Shown: positions 1 through 8,562, counted from the first letter of the stretch. The stretch is 62,027 nt of DNA from Candidatus Jorgensenbacteria bacterium GW2011_GWA1_48_11 (GCA_001003475.1 LCPF01000005.1:5486-67512); one strand, 5' to 3'. A program made the numbers and translations. Notes: generated by a model from the sequence alone, not told the origin.

Positions 1-569
1 GCTTCTTCGTCAACGGTTTTCGCCTCCAACGACTTGAGGGCGGAACCGCGGATGACCGGAGTCGCATCACCGTCAAAGTGATACTTCTTCAAAAGCTCCC
101 GGACTTCGGACTCAACGAGATCAATCAATTCCTTGTCGTCCACCATGTCGCACTTATTGAGGAACACCACAATCTTCGGCACACCGACTTGGTAAGCCAA
201 AAGAATGTGTTCCCGCGTCTGCGGCATCGGACCGTCGGTGGCGGCGACGACGAGAATCGCGCCGTCCATCTGGGCCGCTCCGGTAATCATGTTCTTGATG
301 TAGTCGGCGTGGCCGGGCGCGTCAATGTGCGCGTAGTGGCGCTTGTCCGACTCGTATTCCGAGTGATGTAAGGCAATGGTAATGCCCCGGGCTTTTTCTT
401 CCGGCGCATTGTCGATCATGTCTACCGACTCTTCCTTCTTGGCCAATCCCTTCATATGAAGGATATGGGTAATGGCCGCGGTCAAAGTGGTTTTGCCGTG
501 GTCAACGTGACCAATCGTGCCGACGTTAACGTGCGGCTTGGTTCGCTGGAATTTTTCTTTTTCTGCCAT
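1..569 (-). CDS. tuf: Elongation factor Tu, N-terminal part (gene runs off the window start)
   Basis: Reverse translation from the ATG at 567-569 gives [33 protein letters not shown]...DAPGHADY...NKCDMVDD. It is absent from the ORF track because no stop lies in the window. It is the last gene of the rpsL-rpsG-fusA-tuf order. Confidence 0.95.
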   Translation of the reverse strand, partial: MAEKEKFQRTKPHVNVGTIGHVDHGKTTLTAAITHILHMKGLAKKEESVDMIDNAPEEKARGITIALHHSEYESDKRHYAHIDAPGHADYIKNMITGAAQMDGAILVVAATDGPMPQTREHILLAYQVGVPKIVVFLNKCDMVDDKELIDLVESEVRELLKKYHFDGDATPVIRGSALKSLEAKTVDEE

Positions 570-673
570 TTTTTTATTTATTTTATTGAGTTTTTCGACC
601 TATTTGTAAATGCAAGCATAATATTATCAAATCCCCCCAAAATGTCAATTGCAAAGGCTTTTCCACAGCTCCG

Positions 674-2779
674 TTATTTTCTCTTGCCCTCGATTATTTG
701 CTGAGCGATGTTGCCGGGCACTTCTTCATAATGGGAAAATTCCATGTTGAAAGAACCGCGGCCCTGGGTCATGGAACGGATGGCCGTGGCGTAACCGAAC
801 ATTTCCGAGAGCGGCACGTCGGCGTCGATCACCCGAACCGTCCCCCGCTCGCCCATCGCTTTGATCTTGCCGCGCTTCGCCGATAGATCGCCGGTCACGT
901 CGCCAAGAAAATCGGGCGGCACGATCACCTGCACTTTCATGATCGGCTCGAGTAAGACTAGCTTCGCTTTGCGCGTCGCTTCCTGCAGAGCCATTGAACC
1001 GGCGATTTTGAAAGCGAACTCCGACGAATCCACTTCGTGGAAAGAACCGTCGTATAAAGTCACTTCCAAATCGGTCAAAGGATAGCCGGCCAAGACGCCT
1101 TTTTGGACGGCTTCCTCAATGCCTTTCTCGACGGCCGGAATGAATTCCTGGGGAATGGCGCCGCCCTTGATCGCATCAATAAATTCAAAGCCCTTGCCGC
1201 GCTCCAAAGCTTTCACTCTCAAGAGAACGTCGCCGTATTGGCCGCGGCCGCCGGACTGACGGATATATTTTCCTTCGGCCTCGGCCGTGCCCTTCACGGT
1301 TTCCTTGTAAGCGACTTGGGGTCGGCCGACATCGGCTTCAACGTTGAATTCCCGCTTCATACGGTCAACGATGATCTCTAAATGGAGCTCACCCATGCCG
1401 GAAATAATTGTCTCGCCGGTCTCAATATCACCGGCCACCCGGAAAGTCGGGTCTTCCTCGCCCAAACGGTGCAAGGCAATGCCCATTTTTTCCTGATCGG
1501 CTTTCGTCTTCGGCTCGATGCGCACGGAAATGACCGGTTCGGGAAAGACGATGTTTTCGAGAACGATCGGATGGTCCGGATCAACGAGGCTGTCCCCGGT
1601 CGTCGTATTCTTGAGGCCGACCAAAGCGCCGAGGTCGCCCGCGTAAATTTCTTCCGCTTCTTCCCGGTGATTGGCGTGCATCCGGACGATCCGGCCGACG
1701 CGCTCCTGATTATTCTTAGTCGCGTTCAAAATGTAACTGCCGCGCTTCATCACGCCGGAATAAACCCGGAAAAACGTAAGGGTGCCGACGAAAGGATCAG
1801 AAGCGATCTTAAAGGCTAATGCCGACATCGGTTCCGCGTCATCGGCTTTTCTTTCTTCTTCTTCGTGCGTATTAGGATTCACGCCCTTGACCGGCGGCAG
1901 TTCGACGGGCGACGGCAAGTAATCCACGACGGCATCCAAAACCAACTGGACGCCTTTGTTTTTCAAAGCCGAACCCACCAAGACCGGCACCAGAGTGTTC
2001 GCAATCGTCGCCTTGCGCAAAACCATTTTTAAATCTTCCAAAGACGGTTCCTGACCGTCCAAATAAGCGTGCAAAAGCTTGTCGTCGTGCTCCACGATCT
2101 TTTCGATCAGATGGTGACGTTTTTCCTGCGCTTCCTTCATTAAATTCTCCGGCACTTCGCCTTCGATCACCCGCTCGCCTTTTTCGCCCTCGAAACGGAA
2201 AGCTTTCATTTTGAGCAGGTCCACCACTCCTTCAAAAGTTCCTTCGATGCCGATCGGAATCTGCAAAGCGACGGCCTGGGGCGTAAGCCTCTCCAAAATC
2301 GAACGAAAACTGTGTTCAAAGCTCGCGCCCATCCTGTCCAACTTGTTGATGAAGCAAAGCCGCGGCACTTTGTACTCGTCGGCGTAATGCCAGTTGGTTT
2401 CGGATTGCGGTTCCACACCGGCCACGCCGTCAAAAACGACAACAGCGCCGTCAAGGACGCGGAGGGACCGCTTCACCTCCACCGTAAAATCAATGTGGCC
2501 CGGCGTATCGATTAAATTGATGCAATGCTCGAATTTCTTCTCGCCTTTTCGGTAAGTCGGCGTCCAAAAGCACGTCGTCGCGGCCGAGGTGATCGTAATG
2601 CCCCGTTCCCGCTCCTGTTCCATCCAGTCCATCACCGTATCGCCTTCGTGAACTTCACCGATCTTGTGGGAAACGCCGGTATAAAAAAGCACCCGCTCCG
2701 AAACGGTCGTTTTGCCGGCATCAATATGCGCAATTATGCCTATATCACGGACTTTATCTATAGGATATTGTCTTGGCAT
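674..2779 (-). CDS. fusA: Elongation factor G
   Basis: 701 aa with GTPase motifs [19 protein letters not shown] and NKLDR. Full-length EF-G organisation in str-operon context. Confidence 0.97.
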   Translation of the reverse strand: MPRQYPIDKVRDIGIIAHIDAGKTTVSERVLFYTGVSHKIGEVHEGDTVMDWMEQERERGITITSAATTCFWTPTYRKGEKKFEHCINLIDTPGHIDFTVEVKRSLRVLDGAVVVFDGVAGVEPQSETNWHYADEYKVPRLCFINKLDRMGASFEHSFRSILERLTPQAVALQIPIGIEGTFEGVVDLLKMKAFRFEGEKGERVIEGEVPENLMKEAQEKRHHLIEKIVEHDDKLLHAYLDGQEPSLEDLKMVLRKATIANTLVPVLVGSALKNKGVQLVLDAVVDYLPSPVELPPVKGVNPNTHEEEERKADDAEPMSALAFKIASDPFVGTLTFFRVYSGVMKRGSYILNATKNNQERVGRIVRMHANHREEAEEIYAGDLGALVGLKNTTTGDSLVDPDHPIVLENIVFPEPVISVRIEPKTKADQEKMGIALHRLGEEDPTFRVAGDIETGETIISGMGELHLEIIVDRMKREFNVEADVGRPQVAYKETVKGTAEAEGKYIRQSGGRGQYGDVLLRVKALERGKGFEFIDAIKGGAIPQEFIPAVEKGIEEAVQKGVLAGYPLTDLEVTLYDGSFHEVDSSEFAFKIAGSMALQEATRKAKLVLLEPIMKVQVIVPPDFLGDVTGDLSAKRGKIKAMGERGTVRVIDADVPLSEMFGYATAIRSMTQGRGSFNMEFSHYEEVPGNIAQQIIEGKRK

Positions 2780-2937
2780 GTTTTTAATTAAATTAAATTT
2801 GAGAACAGCATATTGATGCCGAAAAGGGGGTCGGGGAAAAAGTAAGAGGTTTTCCCCGTGTAGGAAAACAGCGAGCGGAGCGAGCGCCAGAAACCAGGGG
2901 TTTCTGGGGAGATCCGATGAATATCGGAGCGACGCGA

Positions 2938-2994
2938 AATGTGGGCAATTATCCCTATATCCCTAACTTTTTCCATTGGGTACTGTCGAGGCAT
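2938..2994 (-). pseudogene. Orphan diverged copy of the first 19 codons of fusA
   Basis: [19 protein letters not shown] compares with the genuine [19 protein letters not shown]. 14 of 57 nt differ and only 2 changes are non-synonymous. The reading frame then runs into unrelated sequence and stops at 2788. Confidence 0.7.
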
Positions 2995-3007
2995 GGAGAA
3001 ATTCAAT

Positions 3008-3478
3008 TTATCTGAGGAAACTCGCGAAAGCCCTGTTCGCTTCGGCCATCCGGTGCGTATCCTGTTTCTTTTTAATGGCCGCGCCCTCGTTCTTGGCCGC
3101 CAGGATCAATTCGTCGGCTAATTTCTCGGCCATGGGTTTGCCTTTCTTGGCGCGGGCAGCCGTAATGATCCAATGAGTTGAAAGAAAAAACTGCCGCTCC
3201 GGCCGCACTTCGCGCGGAATCTGGTAATTGGCGCCGCCGATCCGGCGGGAAGCGACCTCGAGCATCGGCTTGGTATTCTCCAGGGCTTTCTCGAAAACCT
3301 TCACCGGATCTTCCTTGGTAATCTCTTTTATTTTTTCGAGTGCTTCGTAAAAAACTTTCTCGGCTGTCGCCCGCCGGCCCTCGTTCATCAAATAATTTAT
3401 AAACCGCCCGATATCAACGCGGTTCTCCCGATAATCCGGCTCGTGAACCCGCCGCTTGTAATAACTTCTTTTTCGCAT
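3008..3478 (-). CDS. rpsG: 30S ribosomal protein S7
   Basis: 156 aa. Motifs include PDYRENRVDIGRFINYLMNEGRRATAEK and ANYQIPREVRPERQ. Lies between rpsL and fusA. Confidence 0.95.
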   Translation of the reverse strand: MRKRSYYKRRVHEPDYRENRVDIGRFINYLMNEGRRATAEKVFYEALEKIKEITKEDPVKVFEKALENTKPMLEVASRRIGGANYQIPREVRPERQFFLSTHWIITAARAKKGKPMAEKLADELILAAKNEGAAIKKKQDTHRMAEANRAFASFLR

Positions 3479-3481
3479 AGC

Positions 3482-3895
3482 TTATTTCGCTTTCGGACGT
3501 TTCGATCCGTATTTTGAACGCTGTTGTTTTCTTTCGACGCCTTGGGTATCCAAAATTCCCCGCACGATGTGGTAACGGACGCCGGGCAGGTCCTTGACCC
3601 GGCCGCCTCTGATCATCACGACCGAGTGCTCCTGCAAATTGTGGCCTTCGCCGGGGATGTAAGCCGTAACTTCCATGCCGTTCGTAAGCCGAACCCTCGC
3701 CACTTTGCGCAGGGCCGAGTTCGGTTTTTTGGGCGTGGTCGTGAAAACCTTGAGACAAACGCCTCTTTTGAAAGGCGATGGTGAATTGACCGGGCGATTT
3801 TTGATGTAATTAAAATAAGAGGCCAGGGCCGGCGTTTTGACCTTGCTGAAAATCCTCTTGCGGTTTTTCCTTACTAATTGATTGACTGTCGGCAT
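3482..3895 (-). CDS. rpsL: 30S ribosomal protein S12
   Basis: [10 protein letters not shown]..., [19 protein letters not shown] and [17 protein letters not shown] are hallmark S12 segments. Confidence 0.97.
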   Translation of the reverse strand: MPTVNQLVRKNRKRIFSKVKTPALASYFNYIKNRPVNSPSPFKRGVCLKVFTTTPKKPNSALRKVARVRLTNGMEVTAYIPGEGHNLQEHSVVMIRGGRVKDLPGVRYHIVRGILDTQGVERKQQRSKYGSKRPKAK

Positions 3896-3937
3896 TGAAC
3901 TAATAATTTAGCAGATTCCTCAAAAATGTCAATAAAA

Positions 3938-4564
3938 TCATATTGAACTGCCGGTCAAAATCCGGAAAAGGAAAAAAATAATCGGTTGAATCAATTGAAA
4001 ACCAAAAAAAATGAAGAGCAGCACCAGAAAAAAACCGGATTGTTCCAAAAAGGCCTTGACCGGGTAAGCGCTCTTGGGCAAAAGCGCGAAAAGAACTTTG
4101 GAGCCGTCCAGGGGCGGCAAGGGCACCAGGTTAAAAACCATGAGGAGCAGATTGATCAGAACGACGATGCCGAGCAGATCCGGCAAAGCCGCAAAAGAAT
4201 TCTGCGCCAACCCGCCGCTCAAACGGTAAAGAACCGAGAAAACCCCGGCAATTACGAGATTGCTGACCGGGCCAGCCGCCGCAATCAATCCGCCGTCGCG
4301 CTCCGGATGCTTCAAATTATAGGGGTTGTAAGGCACTGGCTTGGCCCAGCCCAACATGAAACTGCCGCCCGATATCAAAAAAAGCATCAAGGGCAAGATC
4401 AAAGAGCCGAACCATTCGAGGTGCTTCAAGGGATTCAGGGTCAGCCGGCCGGCCAAGCGGGCCGTCGGATCGCCGAGATGATCCGCCACAAAGCCGTGCG
4501 CCACTTCGTGGATCACGGCCGAAAACAAGAGCACGACTAATTGAAAAACGATCAAAACTAACAT
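3938..4564 (-). CDS. Site-2 protease family (M50) membrane metalloprotease
   Basis: HEVAHG zinc motif, NLVPLPPLDG motif, and multiple hydrophobic segments. Confidence 0.8.
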   Translation of the reverse strand: MLVLIVFQLVVLLFSAVIHEVAHGFVADHLGDPTARLAGRLTLNPLKHLEWFGSLILPLMLFLISGGSFMLGWAKPVPYNPYNLKHPERDGGLIAAAGPVSNLVIAGVFSVLYRLSGGLAQNSFAALPDLLGIVVLINLLLMVFNLVPLPPLDGSKVLFALLPKSAYPVKAFLEQSGFFLVLLFIFFGFQLIQPIIFFLFRILTGSSI

Positions 4565-4594
4565 CTTTCAGTCTAATTATATATAATGAGCTGA

Positions 4595-5218
4595 ATGAAA
4601 CAAAATAATCGGGAAATCTACGTTTTGATCGGCGGCCTTTTCATTCTCATGCTAGTCGGTTTTTATTTCACCTTGAACAAACTAAGCACCTTGAGCAGGG
4701 ATTTCCAGAATTTCGAATCCCAAACCCGATTGCAGAACCAGATCAATAATTTTCCGGCAGCGACGACCACGCCCAGCGAAGCCGATCAATCGGCTCCGAC
4801 CGCCGACGCTACGAGCGAGGTGGTCATTCCGACGTCGATCATCTTCAACGCTTCTTCAAGCCCGGTCCTTACGCCCCAAACCAACCTCACGGTGACGGTA
4901 GAAAACGTTGCCAAGGCTCAGGACGGCACGATTACGGTCAATGTCAAAATTTTCAGCAGCGAAGCCGGTTCTTACAGCGCGATTGACGCGAAGGGCCTTT
5001 TCGAACTCGTTGACCTGAACGGCTCCAACCAAAATCCCCTGAGCGCGACCGACTCATTCAATTCCATACCGCCCCAAAACGCGGTCACGGGATCCCTGAC
5101 CTTTAAAACCGATCCCCGGAACACGACCGTTATTTTGCAGATCGGCGGCGGCGACCAGATAAGATTTTACCAGTTCGATTTCGTCAAACAGAACTATAAA
5201 GAGATGATTTTGGGTTGA
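4595..5218 (+). CDS. Hypothetical protein with an N-terminal membrane anchor
   Basis: 207 aa. N-terminal hydrophobic helix IYVLIGGLFILMLVGFYF, then a Thr/Ser/Pro-rich linker. No family recognised. Its TGA stop lies inside the terminus of repeat copy A. Confidence 0.6.
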   Translation: MKQNNREIYVLIGGLFILMLVGFYFTLNKLSTLSRDFQNFESQTRLQNQINNFPAATTTPSEADQSAPTADATSEVVIPTSIIFNASSSPVLTPQTNLTVTVENVAKAQDGTITVNVKIFSSEAGSYSAIDAKGLFELVDLNGSNQNPLSATDSFNSIPPQNAVTGSLTFKTDPRNTTVILQIGGGDQIRFYQFDFVKQNYKEMILG

Positions 5219-5368
5219 CCCCGTCACCAGATCGAGCGCTGCAACGCTTGGCCGTTTTCCTGAAATAGCGATGTTTTCATTCGCAATTTATGATTTTTAA
5301 TTTTAAACACCTAAATTATCCTCGGGCGTTGTAGAAAACGAAGCGCTCGGCTCGGTGCGGGGTTGACA
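5213..5368. repeat. Hairpin (MITE-like) intergenic repeat, copy A
   Basis: Termini are GTTGACCCCGTCACCAGATCGAGCGCTGCAACGC and GCGTTGTAGAAAACGAAGCGCTCGGCTCGGTGCGGGGTTGAC, which are inverted repeats. The same termini occur at 57820-57975 and, truncated, at 24207-24330. Confidence 0.75.
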
Positions 5369-5391
5369 AAAAACAAGACAAACCCTAATCT
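5363..5391 (+). promoter_or_regulatory. Candidate sigma70-type promoter for rpmB
   Basis: TTGACA (5363-5368, formed by the repeat terminus), a 17-nt spacer, then TAATCT (5386-5391). The ATG is at 5401, so the leader would be very short. Confidence 0.3.
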
Positions 5392-5400
5392 AAAACGACT

Positions 5401-5622
5401 ATGCGCGCTTGTGCCCGTTGCGGAAAATCGTATACCCTAGGCGGAACGCGGAAACTTCTCCGCGGCCATTACAATCCGACCGCCTCGCCAAGAAAGAAAG
5501 CCAACCTCCAGTGGACGCGGCTTTTTAACACCGGCTCGGCGAGCTCAAGTTCCGGCAAAACGGGTAAAAGGATTTTGGTCTGCACGAACTGCCTCCGCAC
5601 CTTGACCAAAAAGCAGAAATAA
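5401..5622 (+). CDS. rpmB: 50S ribosomal protein L28-like
   Basis: 73 aa and basic. The pattern C-x2-C-G-K ... NLQ ... VCTNCLR matches the zinc-ribbon form of bL28 as I recall it. Confidence 0.6.
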   Translation: MRACARCGKSYTLGGTRKLLRGHYNPTASPRKKANLQWTRLFNTGSASSSSGKTGKRILVCTNCLRTLTKKQK

Positions 5623-5716
5623 TCATTTTCCCGCTCACGTCGGGCTGTGAACAGAGCTTGCATCCCGGGCATTCGGACAGAATAATTATGAGTTATAATC
5701 ATTCTGCTCCTCTCTA

Positions 5717-5787
5717 CGGGCTGTAGTATACCGGTAGTACGCATGCATGGGGTGCATGTAGACCGGGTTCGATTCCCGGCAGCCCGA
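5717..5787 (+). tRNA. tRNA-Pro (anticodon GGG), CCA not encoded
   Basis: Hand fold: acceptor CGGGCTG/CAGCCCG (7 bp); D arm GTAT-ACCGGTA-GTAC; anticodon arm CATGC-ATGGGGT-GCATG (U33, GGG, G37); 4-nt variable region; T arm CCGGG-TTCGATT-CCCGG; discriminator A. Confidence 0.8.
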
Positions 5788-5810
5788 CAAATAGAAATTG
5801 CGTAAAGCAA

Positions 5811-5843
5811 TAACCCCAGCCTTGCTAACTGCAACTGGGGTTA
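5811..5843. terminator. Hairpin after tRNA-Pro, facing the minus-strand ORFs
   Basis: TAACCCCAG, a 15-nt loop, then CTGGGGTTA (9-bp stem). The T-run is weak. Confidence 0.35.
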
Positions 5844-5864
5844 TATCGCCCGAACCGTAGGATG

Positions 5865-5993
5865 TCATCGGTTGAGGAGCCAGGCGCCGACGGCGATACC
5901 GGCGACGACGACGAATCCAATCAACCACTTCGGCCACCTTGCCGGCTTCTCATTCGCTTCCTGGAACGGCTGGAACCTCGGCTTCGCGGACAT
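5865..5993 (-). CDS. Possible 42-aa single-pass membrane peptide
   Basis: MSAKPRFQPFQEANEKPARWPKWLIGFVVVAGIAVGAWLLNR, read by hand. It is below the ORF-track length cutoff. The only support is the hydrophobic helix. Confidence 0.25.
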   Translation of the reverse strand: MSAKPRFQPFQEANEKPARWPKWLIGFVVVAGIAVGAWLLNR

Positions 5994-6063
5994 CAGATCC
6001 TCCTGTGGCGGAACGGAATACGACAACGATCTGATTAAAACCTACCAGACAAAAAGAGATGAT

Positions 6064-6393
6064 TCAAGATGGTGGTGAAACGCGGCCCCAAGATGAGGCC
6101 GCGTTTGTCAGTATCAATCGCCAGACTTCGCGTTCCTCTTCGCGGGAAAGCGGAGTGTAGCATTCTTCCGGCAGGCTGGCAGGCGTCACCCTGGTAACGC
6201 CCTTCTGGAAAACGACGATCACGGACTCGCTGCCGTTCCCGCCAATCGTCCTTATTTCCCGATTGATGAACGAAACGAGCATCGTGATATCCAGCAGTTT
6301 CATGGCCGTGGACATCTGCGGCAGAAGATAGCCGAAGAAAACCCTGTCCTGGCCGAGAAAACGCACCGAAACCTTGAACACGCTGATCTCCAC
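6064..6393 (-). CDS. Hypothetical protein (109 aa, GTG start)
   Basis: GGAGG lies 6 nt upstream of the GTG. A strong hairpin AAACGCGGCC...GGCCGCGTTT overlaps the 3' end. No family recognised. Confidence 0.45.
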   Translation of the reverse strand: MEISVFKVSVRFLGQDRVFFGYLLPQMSTAMKLLDITMLVSFINREIRTIGGNGSESVIVVFQKGVTRVTPASLPEECYTPLSREEEREVWRLILTNAASSWGRVSPPS

Positions 6394-6459
6394 TCATTGC
6401 CTCCGGTAGGGGTAGGAACCGAGAATATAATAAATCCTTCCGGCGTTCCTGACCAGTCT

Positions 6460-8133
6460 TTATAGCTTAAGCTTCGCTTTTTCTTCCTGAATGATTTTCT
6501 CGTCGATTTTATTGAAAAGGGGTTTGGTTTTGCCGATCTTGATCCCGGCAATTGATTCCCTGATTTCTTTTTCTTCGTCTGTCGGCCAATTTTCAAAATT
6601 AGCGCCTAAGATTTCGCCGAGTTTTTTTGTCGCTTCGGGCAAAAGCGGCTTTATCGTCAAAAGCAGGGCCAGAACGATGAAAACGGCGTTTTCCATCACG
6701 GCCTGGAATTTCTTCGGTTCTTTCTCTTTCAAAAACCACGGCTCTTCCGAAGCCAGATATTTGTTGCCTTCGTGGGAAATGGCGAGGACGAATTCCAGAT
6801 ATTTCTTGAATTCCGCCTGACCCAAAGAATCTTTCGCGCCACGCACGAACTGAACTATTTTCTCGGCCAGCTTTTTATCTATATTTTTGCCGTCGAATTC
6901 CAACGCTTGGGCCAGGGTCAAAGTCCGGTTCACGAAATTGCCCAAATTGCCTATCAGGATCTCGTTGTTCTTGCCCACGAAATCCGCCCAGGTAAAATCG
7001 GTGTCGGCCGATTCCGGCGCGATCAGGGTCAGATAAAAGCGCAAAGCATCCAACCCGTAAGTTTCCACGAAATACTTCGAATCTATTATGATGCCGCGCG
7101 ACTTGGAAAATTTCCTGCCCTCCAAATTCAAAAACTGGTTGATGACCGGCAAATCGGGCAGATGCAGCTTTTCGTCAAAAGCATGGAGCTGGCCCGGCCA
7201 AAACAAAGTGTGAAAAACCAGATTGTCTTTCCCCATAAAATAGGCGTGGATTGCGTCCTTGTCATACCACCAATCTTCCCACTGCTTTCCTTGTAATTCG
7301 GCCCATTCGAGGGACGCGGAAAAATAGCCGATGACGGCCTCAAACCAAACGTAAATCCTCTTATGCTCGTAATTGTCTATCCGGAGTTCTTTCGGGATCC
7401 GCTCGATCGGAATTTCCACGCCCCAATCCAAATCTCTCGTGATGGCCCTCGGCTTCAAGCCGGTTTTAAGCCAGCCTTCTGTTTCCTTAAGAACCCAATT
7501 GCGCCAACCCTCCCTGCCCGCAACGTATTTTTCCAAAAACGGCTGGAGTTTCGGCCAATCAAAAAAATAATGTTCGGTCGGTTTCAGCGCCGCCGGTTTT
7601 CCGGAAGTCCTGTTTTTCGGATTCTGCAGTTCGCCCGGGCTCAAAACCCGGCCGCAATTTTCGCATTGGTCGCTTCGCGCTTCGGCAAAACCGCAATGCG
7701 GGCATTTACCTTCGACATACCGGTCCGGCAAAAATCTTTTTTCTTCCGGCGAATAATACTGCTCGGTTTCCTTTTTGAAGATCAACCCCCGCTCCAACAA
7801 TTTCACGAAAAAATCCTGCACGATTTTTTTATGATTGGGGTTGTCGGTTTTGGTGTAAAGATCAAAACTGATGCCCAGCTCTTTCAAAAGTTCAATATTC
7901 CTTGCATGATATTCCTTAACCACTTCTTCGGGACTCACCTTCCTCTTGTCGGCTTCGAGCGTAATCGGCGTGCCGAAACAATCCGAACCCGATACCATAA
8001 GCACATCATTCCCGAGATAGCGGTGGAAACGCGCAAAAATATCCGCTGGCAGGAGATAGCCGGCCGGGTGACCGATATGGATATCGCCGTTCACGTAGGG
8101 CCAAGCGACACCGATAAAAACTTTCTTTGGCAT
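6460..8133 (-). CDS. metG: Methionyl-tRNA synthetase
   Basis: N-terminal PKKVFIGVAWPYVNGDIHIGH (HIGH motif), KFSKSRG (KMSKS motif), and a CPHC...CENC zinc knuckle. The ORF track extends to 8169, but M13 at 8133 matches the usual MetRS N-terminus. Confidence 0.93.
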   Translation of the reverse strand: MPKKVFIGVAWPYVNGDIHIGHPAGYLLPADIFARFHRYLGNDVLMVSGSDCFGTPITLEADKRKVSPEEVVKEYHARNIELLKELGISFDLYTKTDNPNHKKIVQDFFVKLLERGLIFKKETEQYYSPEEKRFLPDRYVEGKCPHCGFAEARSDQCENCGRVLSPGELQNPKNRTSGKPAALKPTEHYFFDWPKLQPFLEKYVAGREGWRNWVLKETEGWLKTGLKPRAITRDLDWGVEIPIERIPKELRIDNYEHKRIYVWFEAVIGYFSASLEWAELQGKQWEDWWYDKDAIHAYFMGKDNLVFHTLFWPGQLHAFDEKLHLPDLPVINQFLNLEGRKFSKSRGIIIDSKYFVETYGLDALRFYLTLIAPESADTDFTWADFVGKNNEILIGNLGNFVNRTLTLAQALEFDGKNIDKKLAEKIVQFVRGAKDSLGQAEFKKYLEFVLAISHEGNKYLASEEPWFLKEKEPKKFQAVMENAVFIVLALLLTIKPLLPEATKKLGEILGANFENWPTDEEKEIRESIAGIKIGKTKPLFNKIDEKIIQEEKAKLKL

Positions 8134-8226
8134 ATTTGAATTATATAACCCCTCCTTAAATTTCACCATTTTAATCGCTTTTGCAGTTTAACGCCGTTTC
8201 CGAAGAGATAATCCCTAAAATAATCT

Positions 8227-8260
8227 ACTATTATATCTGACGATCGTCAGATATAATAGT
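8227..8260. promoter_or_regulatory. Perfect 34-bp palindrome upstream of metG
   Basis: ACTATTATATCTGACGA/TCGTCAGATATAATAGT. It is centred on GATC and carries TATAAT on both strands. Confidence 0.4.
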
Positions 8261-8279
8261 ATTGGAATTGACCGAAGAA

Positions 8280-8315
8280 AATAATACGGCGTGTTCAATA
8301 GCACGCCGTATTATT
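8280..8315. terminator. Bidirectional rho-independent-type terminator
   Basis: AATAATACGGCGTG, an 8-nt loop, then CACGCCGTATTATT (14-bp stem). T-rich tracts follow on both strands. Confidence 0.6.
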
Positions 8316-8347
8316 TGAATTTATTTTTAAAAATCGAGAAACTAAAA

Positions 8348-8467
8348 TCCCGTTCTTAGATGATTCCCGGCTAGAATTAAGGTGGGTTTCCTCAATCTTA
8401 CGCCAAGGCGCAAGACGATTCGGAATCCCTGTAAGAAATCATTTGATCCGGAATCTTCAGAACGGGA
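8348..8467 (-). ncRNA. Unclassified ~120-nt rod-like structured RNA candidate
   Basis: TCCCGTTCT pairs with AGAACGGGA. GATTCCGG pairs with CCGGGAATC. GGGATTCC pairs with GGAAACCC. TCTTGCGCC pairs with GGCGTAAGA. The imperfect pairs are G-U only when read on the minus strand. TATAAT (8476-8481, minus) lies 8 nt upstream, and the terminator at 8280-8315 lies downstream. Confidence 0.4.
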
Positions 8468-8475
8468 CTAATTTA

Positions 8476-8481
8476 ATTATA
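8476..8481 (-). promoter_or_regulatory. Candidate -10 box for the structured RNA
   Basis: TATAAT on the minus strand, 8 nt upstream of the hairpin base. Weak -35 candidates (GTTTGC, TTGCGG) lie 14-16 nt further upstream. Confidence 0.3.
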
Positions 8482-8562
8482 CCGTCCCCACAGGACCGCA
8501 AACGGCCGCCTGTGCATAAAAAATTGACAAAACCGGCCAAAAATTACGGCCGCCGAACAGTT

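Noticed and set aside
698-2791. There are many 60-260-aa ORFs antisense to, or out of frame with, strong genes. Examples are 1382-1819, 7363-8139, 13797-14486, 17378-17947, 17833-18336, 33287-33814, 40154-40876, 53926-54690 and 55281-56003.
   Set aside because: They lie entirely within well-supported conserved genes. They have Arg/Pro/Gly-rich, low-complexity translations typical of shadow frames and carry no motifs.
2780-2937. The sequence between the ghost fusA start and the real fusA start could be a self-splicing intron or an intein-like insertion.
   Set aside because: About 150 nt is too short for a group I or II intron. The real fusA has its own complete start, so nothing needs splicing. 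No intein motifs are present.
5686-5937. 83-aa ORF MAEVVDWIRRRRRYRRRRL...
   Set aside because: It overlaps tRNA-Pro on the opposite strand and has an Arg-run composition typical of an off-frame read. A different frame gives the more plausible 42-aa TM peptide.
6035-6596. ORFs 6035-6397 and 6300-6596 compete with the 109-aa ORF and overlap the metG 3' end.
   Set aside because: Their composition is Arg/Gly-rich junk. The ATG of 6035-6397 lies only 2 nt from the GGAGG, whereas the GTG of the 109-aa frame has proper 6-nt spacing. ORF 6300-6596 overlaps metG.
8348-8467. The long hairpin RNA could be SRP (4.5S) RNA, 6S RNA, or a T-box leader. AATTAAGGTGGG on the plus strand resembles the T-box core.
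   Set aside because: No GGAA tetraloop or AGCA-type domain IV motifs are present. The length and shape do not fit 6S RNA. The T-box-like string is on the strand that has no downstream aaRS gene. The feature is kept as an unclassified ncRNA candidate.
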